Source of the DNA: Utricularia gibba
Taxonomy: Eukaryota; Plantae; Magnoliophyta
Reading direction: 5' to 3'
NCBI GenBank assembly: GCA_002189035.1
Contig: CM007991.1
Location: 2,356,001-2,420,000, forward strand
DNA: 64,000 nt
Shown: one piece after another, positions 48,678 to 62,415 of the stretch
How positions within the stretch are numbered: the stretch's first letter is position 1
How the letters are laid out: the number at the start of each line of letters is the position of its first letter
Translations under genes and position numbers: made by a program
The notes under the pieces: generated by a model
Databases searched by the model: none
What the model was told of the DNA's origin: nothing
Seen by the model: the letters and a program-made list of their open reading frames with translations, nothing else

Positions 48678-50247
48678 ATGGGGTGTTGCAGCAGCAAGAG
48701 TGCGGATTCAGGAGACAGCCGCGTTGCTCGTTGGCGATCCACTGGAATAGTAGCGTTGCGCGATTCTAAACTGAAGGCATATTTCCCATGTCTCCTCTCG
48801 CTTTATTCATGAACTTTGGTTTTTTTTTTTCTTGTCTTTGTTGAATTGCTTGTTGGTTCCCATTTTTGTATTTACGGTGGTTTGTTATGCAAACGATTTG
48901 TTCTGGTTTTCAGAAATTCCCAGATGATGTGATTTCTTTAGGAAGCTCAGTTCGCACACTTGATGTAACGCACAATAAAATAGGTAAAGAACTCTCTTGT
49001 AGCATCTGCCGGATTGACCCTGTTTTACAACTGCAACAAATAGCTTATTCACATGTTGCTGTTTTGGTGTAGTTGATATCCCACTGGAGATTGATAAATT
49101 CATTAACCTACAGCGCTTGGTAAGAAGTTACTTTGCGAGGGGTTTCTCCTATCTTGGAACTAGCCTGCCTGCTTCTTTTTTTTTTTTTTTTTCATTTTGA
49201 TGGCCTTTGAGTCATGCAACTCTCTCTTCCAGATATTGTCGGATAATGTTATCGAGCGACTTCCAGCTAACTTGGGAAAGCTTCAGAGTTTAAAAGTCAT
49301 GACTCTTGATGGAAATCGAATTGCAGTACTGCCTGATGAATGTATGGCTTCATTTGTCGACAAAGTAAAAGGAACTTATCTGAGCTTTTGATAACTTGAG
49401 CGTTTTGTACGTTCAGTGGGTCAATTGGTGAAGCTGGAGAGGCTATCAGCATCTAATAATATGTTGCACAGCTTGCCTGAAACTATAGGGAGTCTACGCA
49501 GTGTCAGTATATGCTTATGGTTTTAATTTATCATTTGGTCATCTTCAAAGGACTCACGGATTAAAATAAAGCATGGATCATGTTTTGCAGTTGGTATTGC
49601 TTAATGTATCCAACAACAGGATAAAGTTTCTTCCTGAATCTATTGGCTGCTGCTTCTCTCTTGAGGAACTCCAAGCCAATGGTACTTGTAAATCATTCTA
49701 TTCTATTGTCGATTATGTGTGTTGCTGCAAATCTTGGTTGCCTCTTGCTTTTCATTTTCGTTATTGAGTTTGGTTTCTTCTGAAAGCGTTATAAAACATT
49801 TCGAGCAGGAAATTGTATCAAAGAGCTTCCATCTTCCATCTGCAACCTTGTTCATCTTAAATCACTTTCCTTGGACAATAACAATGTGGAGGAGGTTTGC
49901 CTGCTCAATTTTGTTTTATGGGTCCTCTTTGAAATTTAGTTTCAGCTTGGAACCACAACGATTTTCTTCAACTTCACAGATTCCACCGAACATCTTGAAG
50001 GATTGCAAAAGTCTTCAGAGCATTTCACTTCATGGCAACCCAATATCCATGGACAATTTTCAACTGGTAGTTTTTTTTTTATATTTCTTACTTTTGATTA
50101 CCTCAGTTCTTGACTGAGAAAAGGGAATCTTATCAGATGGAAGGTTTTGAAGAATTCGAAGGTCGGAGGAAAAGAAAGTTCGACAAACAGATTGATTCCA
50201 ACGTTATGATCAGTTCCAAAGGCCTCGATGAAGGCATTGATCTATGA
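48678..50247 (+). CDS. Intracellular LRR protein (At5g07910-like), N-terminal acylation motif MGCCSSK
   Basis: About 9 short exons of LRRs (LDVTHNKI, LSDNVIERLPANLGKLQSLKVMTLDGNRI, LNVSNNRIKFLPESIGCC) ending RRKRKFDKQIDSNVMISSKGLDEGIDL*. First intron is GC-AG. Confidence 0.9.
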
Positions 50248-51767
50248 TGCAAGTCATCTTACTTTGCCTTATGCTCTCTTTCAAAAGCTTTTGTCTTTCA
50301 GTTTCCATGATGGATTCAACCCTTCCATTGCACTGCGAATCTCTCTCTATATATCTATCTTCCTCATTTGCAGCTGAAGACCTCAAATGATAACAGAGAA
50401 GAAGAAGAAGAAGAGGCTTTTCGCATTGAGAGTGATGTCAGTACATACCCTCATCATTTCATGTAGATACATTCACTGAAACTTGAAGATGGTTTGCCTT
50501 TCGTATATCCAATGAATATAATTCAAATCTTTTTTTAAGGTCCCATGATGCACCTCATATTTCCAGTTCTGTACGACTAACTGTTGCTTTAAGGAAGTTT
50601 CCTGCGTTGAAGATTTGCCATTTGTATACCCTGAGAAAGCTACCCGAAAGCCAAAATCTTCTTAGTCTCATGCATCGAGGTTTTCATTCGTCTTCTCCAA
50701 CTGCTTCCCATCTGCGCAACGACTGCCTTCCAGCTTCCAAAACCATAATCCTAGTAGTGTAGTGGTTGGTGAAATTCAAAACCTGAGCTCCTCTTAGGAC
50801 CAACCATAGACTTGCGTTTGACTTTTAAACACAGGGAGTTAATGGCCATCTCTCTTTACCTAAGCTATTTGGAGACCATAATGCAGAATAGCTGAGAGGG
50901 TTGGTGGGTTGGGGATCTCCGGTCAAGGTCCAAGACTCAAGAGCTAGATACCGGACCCACAGGAGCGCTCAGAGACCAGAACGGTTCAAATAAGGAGTTT
51001 CGTGGAAGGTGATGTAACGGTCACATTGGCAGATCTGATACAAATGGGTAGTCTAGAAAGTGTACCCCAAAAATAGCGTAGAAAAATCTGGGGTGAATGA
51101 TTCAAGCTTGCGTTTGCTCTCTTTCAGTCTACCGCGTTGAATTTGCCTCTCTTATGGGTTTTCCCAGGAAGGAAAACCAGGGATGCATCTGTGATGTGGA
51201 ATAAGCTCTTTGTTCTTTGGATCCCAGGAACATCATCCAAGTTTGAACCTTTCCTTCCTACTTGCTTGTTTGTGAGAGACCCACTAACGTCTTCGGGTCA
51301 TCGCTATTGATTCCGCCTGTTCTTGGCACACGACGAAGCCAATTTCGTAATATTTTTCGATTTCGCTTCTGCTCTACCCTTTTGTTTGATTGATTCTGTC
51401 AAGTTTATCAAGGTGAAATTTGTTTGGTTTCGGTGATGCTAGAAATATTCTGTGCTTTTTCATGTTATATCTCTTAGTTTCAACTTTCCTGTTTTCGTGC
51501 TAAATTTTTTCTCGGTGGTGTCTTTTCTTCCTTCTTGTAGGATTAGTTGTTGATAGTCCCTGCCTTCGTTTCTGTTCCGCGATGAGACTATCAGTCTTTC
51601 AATTTAGGGTTGCATCTCATTGCTTGTAAACCTGATGTGCAATTTTGTGTTCCGTTTTCTTTCTTCAGGCCATATTTTCTACACCCTGTGGAAGTCCTGT
51701 TAAGGGAAGTGGTGTGCCTCCAAGAAGCATAGAGCATCGTATCGCTGACTACTGACTGAGAGTAAAA

Positions 51768-53072
51768 ATGTCTATGTCGAAGAAGTCTCCATTAAAGTTT
51801 TCTAAGCCTAACGCAGCGGCCCCTGTGCTTCACTCCAATACTAACCCTTTTGATTCCGATGATGAGTTGGATAAAAACCAAGAGCCGAAGAAATCAGGAA
51901 AAACATCCTCGGGAACATCTTTGTTTCCACTAGATTCGGGTTCAAACCCGTTTGATGACAATGATACCAAAGATGCACCATCTACAGAGAGCCACCTCTC
52001 TTCAGCAGCAAAAAACAGATACAAGAATGATTTTCGTGACTCTGGTGGGCTGGAGAACCAAACCGTTCAAGAATTGGAAAATTATGCTGCATATAAAGCT
52101 GAAGAAACTACGAAGAGTGTGAAAACTTGTCTCAAGATTGCAGAGGACATAAGAGAAGACGCTACCAAAACTTTGGTAACTTTGCATCAGCAAGGTGAGC
52201 AGATTAACAGAACGCATATGATTGCAGCAGACATGGACCATGATCTTAGCAGGGTAAGGTTAAACATAGATGTTGGTTGCTATTTTGTATTGAGCATCTA
52301 AGGCTTACAAGTTGCTTTTAATATTTCAGGGTGAGAAGCTGCTTGGAAGCCTTGGCGGTATCTTTTCAAAGAAATGGAAGCCGGTCAAGACTCCATCGGT
52401 AACAGGTCCTATAATCATTAGAGGTAATCTTCCTTGTAAGACATTCACTGCTTAAATTTCCATTGCAGTTGTCATTTTCCCTTAATACTCATACGTTTGT
52501 GCAGATGATCCTGTACATAGAAAGGGTAATCATTTGGAGCAGAGAGAAAGACTGGGAGTGACTTCCGCATCAAGGGAGCCAAGATCATCACATGCATCAA
52601 AACTCCCTTCTGAACCTACCAATGCATTGCAGAAAGTAGAGGTAAGCTTGTTACATCTAGTGTGCATGGTCTTCAAAATGTTATTTTTTATTTTTCATGG
52701 GAAGTGATTGCTGTGGGATATGTGTAGTTCAGCTCCAATCTATAGTATTGTTGACTGCATTTTCGTTTTAATATTCTTCGACAGGTGGAGAAGGCAAAAC
52801 AGGATGATGCTCTCAATGATTTAAGTAACATTCTGGGGAGTTGAAGGAAATGGCTATTGATATGGGATCAGAAATTGGAAGGTATTTTTGTTTTCAACTT
52901 TATGCGTTCACATCCTTTAGCTCGAAGCATCCGTTAGTTGATTCTCCGCTCCTTTCCTTTCTAACAACACAGGCACAACAAAGCAATGGATAATGCCCAG
53001 AATGATGTGGAGTCACTGAATACACGTGTGAAAGCTGCCAATCAGCGTGCACGCCGACTACTTGGAAGATAA
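51768..53072 (+). CDS. SNAP33: SNAP25-type Qb+Qc SNARE (SNAP33/SNAP30), 5 exons; frameshift at G4 52835-52838
   Basis: NPFDSDDE and NPFDD motifs, RYKNDFRDSGGLENQTVQELENYAAYKAEETT, LHQQGEQINRTH, GEKLLGSLGGIFSK, KQDDALNDLSNILGELKEMAIDMGSEI, ANQRARRLLGR*. Confidence 0.93.
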
Positions 53073-53574
53073 ATACCCATGATTCATGTAGTTGCCTCAC
53101 CCTGGATATGATGTATTTCATCCAGCAATGTTTTACCGTTCCCTTCTTGTCATAACATCCAATGTGGGTGCATGTTGACAGATTTTCTGTATTAGGCTCT
53201 GTCTTTGTTCCTAATCAAGCTTGTGATTTCACTGCGGCTGCTCAGTGTTCAACTGCTAAAATTTTGAATTCTGATGGCTGTTGGCTCTGATACCAATGCT
53301 TTTAAAGCAAGTAAACATGTCATTGAGGTCTGTGATTGTGTAGTCTTAACCTCGTGTTTCCTAGAATAGGCTCAAAAGCACAGGAACTCATTTATTACCA
53401 GCTGGTGCATTAATGGAGTTGAGTACGATGTTCATGGATCACTTGCTTCTGTTTTAAATACCTAACGAGAGGCAGGCAATGCCCCTCGTGATCTTTACAG
53501 GCATGCTCTTCTCTACATGCTTCAATTTCTCTGCTCCTTTCCTTCTAGTTTGCTCTCTTCTTAATTCATCACAG

Positions 53575-53894
53575 ATGATGATTAGCTGCTCTTTATCCAG
53601 CACAGCCCCCCGTCGTTGGATTCCTGCAGCCATTCTCATAATTCTGATGGCATCAGCAACCACTGGAAGTAGAGCCGCAGCAGAAACCGTCAATGCGCCT
53701 TTTAGGAATCTCAGCCATGTACCTGGTGCTTCCAATTCACATCCAAGCATCCGTCGGTTTCTTTTTCAAGCACGGAGGCTCCTCCATCCACCCCACGACA
53801 TCCTACTGAAAGCAGCAGATACAGGGATATTGATCCTCGGTACGACGTCGAGGCGCGGCTGGTACCGGGAGGGCCTAATCCCCTGCATCACTAA
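53575..53894 (+). CDS. CLE: CLE signalling peptide precursor (dodecapeptide RLVPGGPNPLHH); frameshift at C4 53791-53794
   Basis: Hydrophobic signal-like segment WIPAAILIILMASATTGSRA, then in the shifted frame IDPRYDVEARLVPGGPNPLHH* (motif 53856-53891), resembling CLE9-13 (IDPRYGVEKRLVPSGPNPLHH). Confidence 0.88.
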
Positions 53895-55241
53895 CAGCAT
53901 GCTAAAATGCAAAGAGGGGGTGGTGTTCTGTTCAAGTTATCTGCCAATTTCTTGTGAACTTTGGCACATACATCCGACGCCCAAGCGTGTTACAGACAAG
54001 TCATTCTCATTGTATTTGCTATAAGAATGTTGAAAACAACCTTTCTTTTGTTGGTGAGATGATTCCATCCCAGTTCCAGGTCCAGGATCACCTTCAATGA
54101 GGAAGGCTGGCATCTGGGAGAGGGGGCTCATGGGACCCTGCCAAGAAAAAAAGGGGTGGGGTGTAGGAAAAAGCCTGTGATTCTGTTTGTATTTGTTGGT
54201 AAGTAACGTGTGCATGCAAAAGAAAAGTTGTGTGAAAAAGAAATGATCTTTCCTCTACATCCCTGAAGATGCAGGGGCAATCTTTAATGTTGTGGAGCTT
54301 TTAGAAACAGAAGACAAGTGAGAGAATTTACTACCTGGTCTGAGTCTTCTGCTTTTGTACAGACCATAAGGCTTTTCACTCCCTTGTATTTCGCTTTCAT
54401 GATGAACTAATCACAGCTGAATCATTTAAGAGGGATGCAGATTTCTTGGGATATGAGAAACAGCAAACAGCATGTGTTTCCTTTATTCTTCCAAATGCAT
54501 GTAACCATATGCAGTTCAAACCACATGGTTTTAGTTGAAGGAAAGTTTTTTGGAAGCAGATGATCACAAAGTTCAGAATCCATACCCCATCAATCCAATA
54601 CGAACTTATGAATCAAAGTTGTAACAAACAGTCATCAAATAGGTAAACAGAAGGAAGGGCCTACCATGTTAGATAGTATATATTGCCTCGCTATCTGCAT
54701 TTTTGCAAAACTAGTCTGTTTCTAATTGAGCCCGCACCTCAAATATTGGAGCTTTACTTCTCACACGCGTCTTCTCCTTTTCCATTGCAACGGACCTGGG
54801 TCTAATTTTGGCCACGGGCGAGTTCATTTTCAAATAGGGTTTTCGAGCTTAAAGTATTCCGCTGGGTTTTGCCTGAAAGTTTGAAATGTTGGAGAAGCAA
54901 AACTGGACAGGTTTCTTTATGAATGCTGAGATACCTTCGTTCTCTCGAGGAAGTGAGCTGACTGTTTGGTTTGCTTGAATTTCTGGGTTTCCCTCAATGA
55001 CATTAGGGTATTTTAACTCAAAGATTAGAATTTAATCGTACGTTAATCGGAATCACGCCGCAGGGTTTGTCCTTTTCCTGTGTTTCTTGCGCTAAGCTCT
55101 TAAGAGTTAGGTTTGGAGCTGACAAGAAGAAATTTTGCAATAGATCGTCACAGTTTTGCTTGCTTTATAACATTCAGACGGGATTTTGTGTGGGGTAATT
55201 GTGAGCTGGGTAAAGGGGCTCCTGTGGGACGATAAGTGGAT

Positions 55242-55675
55242 ATGGATGTTTGGTTCCTTGCTACAGCTGCTATGGGATGCGTGGCTCAGCAACTGAGGCA
55301 TCTGAATACTGGTAATCGTAGTTGGCCAAATTTGTGGCATGACATTCTCAAAGCTGGTCGACTTGTTTACCCAGCAGCATGGAATTTGACAAAGGCGTTG
55401 GGCTTGAAAATGAAAGAATGTGCAGGCTCAAGGAACTTCATTCTGATGATTCTTGTGCTGAAGTTTGTGATTCTAGCTCTTCATGTGTGTATTCCAAGGG
55501 TGTGGCTCATGATGCTGATCAAATGGTGGCTAGTGACTCATCGTGCCATCCTTGGATCACAGAAGCCGGGTTTTCATCAAGTTCTAAACAAGTTAACCTT
55601 AGCCTAAGATGCAAAGGAGTCAATCAAGAACATGCAAAATCCCAAACATCTGTTGAAATTGTTAACAATCAGTGA
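55242..55675 (+). pseudogene. Possible truncated remnant of an At5g61040-like uncharacterised protein
   Basis: MDVWFLATAAMGCVAQQLRHL resembles the family N-terminus as I recall it (MDVWLIAATAATGYIAKQLQ). It is followed by a frame change and a stop at 55675. Weak, memory-based similarity. Confidence 0.35.
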
Positions 55676-56049
55676 AGAAGCTGCTTCCTTTGCGGAGAAA
55701 TGGCAGGGCTGCTGCTCTTCGCTTTTCTTTTTTACCGTTTTCTTTTACCTCGGTATCATTGATTAACTTGCTGGTTGACAAAATATTTGTGGAGTCAAAG
55801 ATTCTTCTTTTATGCAATGGTTGAAAGTGAAGGAACTGCAAAGCGAGTCAAAGACGGGGGTGCTTGAGGTGGGTTCGGGGCGTACCCGGTTTCAGGTGGT
55901 CAGAACTTCTTGGGTCGAACGACCGAGCCGTGGGTTCTTGGGTTTCGTAAATATGTGACGGGCGTGAGCCGTGAAACAATCGTCTTTGTGGATGGATCCG
56001 TGCGTCCATCGCCGCTGATTCTTCTATCTGGAATTCAGGGGACCCCAAA

Positions 56050-57288
56050 ATGGAACGCGGTGCAAGATCCAGAAGCATTCTCGAAACACTGGGGGAAGAA
56101 ATCGTCAGGATCGTAACGCCGGTTTCAATATGCATGCTTTTGGTGGTAATTCTTGTATCTATCCTGAATGGCGATTCGGATTTCGCATCTGGAGGTAGCG
56201 TAATGGTGAATTCGGTTGCCACCATGGCGTACGGTGAGAACGGTTCAGATTCCGCGTGGGATAAGCTCAAAGGTGCTCTTTTGAACTCCCTGGTATTTGT
56301 TGCTGTCGTCACCGTGGTCACTTTCCTCTTGGTACTTCTTTTCTACCTCAGATGTACCAAATTCTTGAAATACTACATGGGGTTTTCGGCTTTTATGGTT
56401 TTGGGGTTCATGGGCGGTGAGATCGTTCTTCAACTAATAAGAGATTTCAGCTTTCCTATTGACTGCATCACATTTCTAGTTCTATGGTTTAACTTTTCCG
56501 TGATTGGTGTGATGGCTGTGTTCATGACAAAGATGGCTATTTTCATCACACAAGCTTATTTAGTCGCTATTGGAATGTTGGTTGCATACTGGTTCACCCT
56601 TCTGCCTGAATGGACTACATGGGTGCTTTTGGTTGCCATGGCCTTGTATGATCTTGCTGCTGTTTTGCTGCCTGGCGGGCCATTAAGGCTCTTGGTAGAG
56701 CTTGCTATCTCAAGGGACGAAGACATTCCTGCTCTAGTTTACGAAGCCAGACCAGTATTAGCACCTAATACCAGCACCCCTCAGACAAGGATCTGGAGAA
56801 ATGAGAGGCAACGTTTGGTTGAAAACCAAAACCAAGCTTCCTCAAGGACAATTCTTCCTCCAGATCCTAGCTTTATGAGACATCTTGAAACCCTTCCAGA
56901 TGATGTGGAGGAAGGCGTGGTTGGGAGTGAGGACTCCGATCTTGTGGCTCCGCTTATCCGGAATGCAAATGTGCCCGCAAGCCAGGATCCTTTTCTTGAA
57001 GGAGTTGGATTAGCTTCTTCTGGTGCCATAAAACTTGGACTGGGGGACTTCATCTTCTACAGTGTGCTGGTCGGCCGAGCTGCCATGTACGATTTCATGA
57101 CGGTCTACGCATGCTACCTTGCCATCATCGCTGGTCTTGGTGTCACATTGACACTGCTCGCTGTGTATCGAAAGGCTTTGCCAGCTCTTCCCGTGTCTGT
57201 CATGCTAGGCGTTATATTCTACCTGCTGACTCGTTTCTCATTGGAGGTATTTGTGGTGCAGTGTTCTATCAACCTGCTTATGTTTTGA
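56050..57288 (+). CDS. PSEN: Presenilin (gamma-secretase catalytic subunit), intronless
   Basis: 412 aa with 9 TM segments, catalytic ALYDLAAVL (YD), GLGDFIFY (GxGD) and ALPALP (PAL) motifs. Confidence 0.96.
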   Translation: MERGARSRSILETLGEEIVRIVTPVSICMLLVVILVSILNGDSDFASGGSVMVNSVATMAYGENGSDSAWDKLKGALLNSLVFVAVVTVVTFLLVLLFYLRCTKFLKYYMGFSAFMVLGFMGGEIVLQLIRDFSFPIDCITFLVLWFNFSVIGVMAVFMTKMAIFITQAYLVAIGMLVAYWFTLLPEWTTWVLLVAMALYDLAAVLLPGGPLRLLVELAISRDEDIPALVYEARPVLAPNTSTPQTRIWRNERQRLVENQNQASSRTILPPDPSFMRHLETLPDDVEEGVVGSEDSDLVAPLIRNANVPASQDPFLEGVGLASSGAIKLGLGDFIFYSVLVGRAAMYDFMTVYACYLAIIAGLGVTLTLLAVYRKALPALPVSVMLGVIFYLLTRFSLEVFVVQCSINLLMF

Positions 57289-57434
57289 GACACGGGGTTC
57301 CCATTTTTGCTCTCCCAGTTAAGTTAATTCAGGAATATTTAAGAGCCTTGCTGGTTGCCATCAGATTCACAAGGCGCTAAGGAGCTCTTTTGCGTGATTT
57401 TTTTACATGATTTCAGAATTGGGCCTTGGTTCTA

Positions 57435-58400
<966 letters not shown>

Positions 58401-58444
58401 GGCCGCCTGCGCCGAAGGAACAGAGATACCACAACTGCCGTCCG

Positions 58445-58562
58445 ATACCCTAACATCCATGATCCACCCCTTTATATGGTACACCGTAACGGCCCAAACT
58501 ACAATATTAATGGGCTTCTTGTTCGGGCCCAATTACGTTACTATTTTCGAAAATGGGCCCAG
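58445..58562 (-). promoter_or_regulatory. Telo-box-like and site II elements upstream of RPL36a
   Basis: ACCCTAA at ~58445, TGGGCT at ~58510, GGGCCCAA and TGGGCCCA at ~58526-58561. Typical of plant ribosomal-protein promoters. Confidence 0.55.
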
Positions 58563-59463
58563 CAAAGCTTCTAAATAAAGATATTGTATTAAAAAATAAA
58601 TAATGCAGTTGAACATTTTATTTCTATTTTGGGTAAAAATACGGATATATTTGTATTTTTATAATTAGTTGTCCATTTAACTTCTGAAAATCAGTCCTTG
58701 GTGCCAAGGAAACCATCTGCAACCAAGAGGCCAAGATGAGTTTTATACACAGCACTGCTTCAGCGCACGGCCGAGCAACGAACCCGTCGCAACAAAATGG
58801 TTCATAAAAAGAAGCAGATAAACTCCCTACAAAAAGTTCTGAATTCGGCTCCCAAGTGTCGACGCATGAGAAACAACCCCATCAGCAACAGGCGCTATAC
58901 TGAGCAGCAGAGCAGCCATGGAATATAGTTCCTTGAATTGGAGGCATCCAAATGTCATATGGAAACACATGTAGACAAAACGCCCCAGCAAGATTTGCAC
59001 ACTACAAATCCAAAATAACATTGATCAGTGACACTGATTAGTGTGTAGTTAAGGATACACAACTTATTTTGTGCCATCTGAATGACTCATGTATCAAACA
59101 CAATTTCAAACTGTAGTGACAATTTTCAAATTGGCCCTCAAGGTCAACTTCATAGTGCGGACAAATAACTGTGAAGGGCATTTTTTTGTTCTGCAATAAC
59201 GCAGGAAATAAGGACATCAAAAGTATAGTTGAGTCACCCGCTCTCATATCAAGTAGAGAAAAGAGATGATTGACTACACTCCACTCTCAAGGGTGCTTTT
59301 TAACTTACGAAGCTATATGCCAAACTATCAGATGACGTTAAGGCTTCAACAGTGCTGGTAAACAATCTAACTAAATTCCCTTTCAATAGCGTATTCAGTC
59401 AAATGTCGCTTACCTAAAGCAACATCAAATGGCAGATCTCAAAGACCATGTTTTCAACATATT

Positions 59464-61712
59464 TTATGCCTTCGCGTACTTCTCAAGATACCCCTGCAGT
59501 CAGCATACAAGACGAGTAAGAATAAGTAAAAACACACATCAAACAGCATTATTCAACGATGTAATTATTTCAATGAGCATACCATTACAAGCTTAGTTAA
59601 TTTTCCTCGTGAGGAATCAATGTAGCGATCTATTTTAGCCTGAGATTTCGGTATTTTCTGTCTCCTCATAGCTCCAGATACTTTATCAATCGTCTTCTTA
59701 ACAATTGTCTTGAAAGCCTCCTTGCTCATATCTCCTTGGCGCCATGATGGCTTCAGAATCTCTTTCACAAATGTAGCAATAGAAATCTTAAATAGCTTAA
59801 TTGACCTTGAATCCTCGCTCTTACTTTCTCCAGACATTTTAACATGGCCCCCTCAATTTCTCCCACGCTCATGCCATTAGCCTCACTATTGGGATCACTG
59901 GTGCTTGCATTCATGCCTGCACCTACCTCTTTGCCAGCCATTTCCCCATGCTCTATAGTTTCAGGGGAAAAATTGACTGAAACAGCTGGTTTTCCTTCTC
60001 GGTTGAAAGCTTCTAAATTCAATGTCCTTTCAAATCCGGCTGATGCTACCAGATCATCAGAATCACCAACAGCTTCATGTTTTACCTGATTTTCTCTACT
60101 GACCGATGGCTCAATGCTGTCAATAAGTGGATCATATTGATCACTATCTGGAAATATTGACCTTGAAGGGGAAACTAGTGCTTCATCATCTCCCCCAGTA
60201 CCGCTCCCACCCCTTGGCAAATAGCTAGAACTGATGGGGTGCCATTTTTAGTACCACTGGTTGCATCATTTTCTGAAATTGAGGCATTTCGAAAAAATTC
60301 AGAGCTCATTGGCTGATTAAAAACAGGTACAGGCGGATAGGAATTTAAAGGAATTCCAGATCCCACATAATCCTTCACATCAGGCTGATTTTGCTTGCAA
60401 GAATAAGGAGTGATTCTAGAACTTTCTATGAAATCTGCACCTGCTGAGTATTGCATCCCATACTGTGGCCTGTTTAAGTTAGGATGTTCCTTGGAAGATT
60501 TAATATCAGAAGGAAGACCTCCGACCAGAAGACTGTGGGATCCAATCATTGATGGCTGAAGCAATTCAGCGTTAGATTGACCAAAAGAATATGAATAAGA
60601 AGTTCTTGAATTCTGCAATGGAAGATCAAAGTGGCTTTCTCTCAATATACCATCTTTTGAGTAAGCATGGTCATTTCCTAAAGGATTACTGTCATAACCA
60701 GTCACAGAATGGCTAGGCAGCACCGTTGATGGATCATTCACAGATATAAGAGAAGAGAAACTATTTGGAATAGCTACAGGACATTGCTGATTATTCTGTG
60801 AACCAGGGCAAGTTTGCACACTCAACTGGTCTCTATGTAAATGAGACTGGTGATTAGCAATTGGTGCCATATAGTCATCAACAATCTGTAGGGGCTTTTG
60901 GAAAGTTTGTTCACAGGGATCTGGACTCGAAGAATCAATTTTTCTTGAGAGCACTGCAACCGGACTTCTCAAGAAATTATTTTTAAGTATTCCGTCAGAG
61001 GCTGCAAGAGAGCAGAATTCCAGACTTGGCAGTTTGTTCTGATCTAAGTTGGTAGAACTGATGGGTATTTCTTTTGATTTTTCTGCTTCATCGAAAGCAT
61101 GCAAATCATGATGAAGTTCATCTTTGGATTCTTTGGCTGGCAGAATCCTAATCATATGGTCAGGACCTCTTGAAGGACTTCTTGAAGTACGAGGTGACCC
61201 TGGATGACTTTCTTGTCCTCTAGTATATTTCAAGTTTCCACTCTTGCCAGGCATATGATGCACAAAGCGGCAAGAAGCTCCACGATAACACCTCCCCTTT
61301 TTAAAGTGGAAGCATTCAAATGACTGGCCCTTCTTGCCGTTCATCTTGATTCCATGGAAATCACTGTAGTGACGCGACACAGGTGACCTACTCCTGCTTT
61401 GTTTCCTAGAAAAGAACCTGAAATAATATAATGATTTAACTCAGAATTATTCAAATGAAAATCACAAAAAAAGGAAACAGATGCATCCACTCCAAACCTG
61501 TGAGTGTGCCTTTTCCTCTCGTCTCTGTAGCATGGACTCCGCCTCCCAATCCTCTGCCTCCACGGAGACAGGCTCCTGCTTGGACTCCTATATCTTTTTC
61601 GCGCTGTTACCCCATTCCTCCGTGGGGATTCACTCGTGTCACTGTCTGAAGCACCTTCCCTGACCAGTCTTCCAAACTCATCCAATTTCAAATCAGCAGA
61701 GTTATTTCTCAT
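59464..61712 (-). CDS. RS-rich CCCH zinc-finger protein with FES1-type C-terminal helical domain (C3H38/C3H55/FES1-like); two apparent frameshifts
   Basis: LDEFGRLVREGASDSD, RS tract, CFHFKKGRCYRGASCRFVH, and FKISIATFVKEILKPSWRQGDMSKEAFKTIVKKTIDKV...KLTKLVM|GYLEKYAKA*. Frames join with +1 at 60236-60239 and 59848-59852. Confidence 0.8.
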
Positions 61713-62354
61713 CGCAGACTTGTGGAAAGCTAGCTCTCAAAAAAAATATTCACATCCTGATGTTTAGAAGATTTGATCTGCTCCCCATACAAAAAACACC
61801 ATCAAACTTCAAAATATCCGTCCCACCTTTTCCAATTTAGAGGCAAGTTTGCGTTTTTTTCCCCAGGCAGTTGAAATTGATTAAAGAATCGTATTCCCAA
61901 AAGGTAACACAACTTGGAGATTCCAACTTCTTTGCTCTTGTCATTAGCCGGTTTACTTCCTAGGCAGCTGTCCTTTCATGTTTGCCAGACCTTCCTCTAC
62001 AAAAGCATTAGAAGTGGCGTTAGCAACACCGAAACCTAATTCAGGAAAGTGAAAAAAAAAATCCATGAAATCCAATGCTTAGAACTGAAAACCGTGAAAT
62101 AAACCATATGATCACTATATCCGACATCTCCCCGCTATTCTTCAATCGAAAACCACCAGTAACCGTTAACCCACGGCAAAAAACAAGACTCACCAGCAGA
62201 TTCCGCACATTCACACAATTTATAACCAGCTTTCGCAGCACCTCACTCTTGTTCCTTCTATACAGCGTCTTTCGAGAGCTCCCTCCAGACAATCAAACGG
62301 ATGAAGAGAAGGAATTCACAGAAAAACCAACCGTGAAGATGCAATAAGGTGAAC

Positions 62355-62415
62355 GTTTACGGCCCATGTTTGGGTATTAATGGGCCGAGCCCAGTTATTT
62401 CAGGCCCAACGGCTC
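62355..62415. promoter_or_regulatory. Site II cluster in the bidirectional CCCH/PNM1 promoter
   Basis: GGCCCA, TGGGCC, AGCCCA and GGCCCA within about 50 bp between two divergent genes. Confidence 0.5.

Noticed and set aside
50300-51760. ORF-free 1.4-kb segment upstream of SNAP33, checked for ncRNA or organellar insertion
   Set aside because: No tRNA, rRNA, snoRNA boxes with guides, or organellar sequence recognised; consistent with promoter plus 5' UTR intron.
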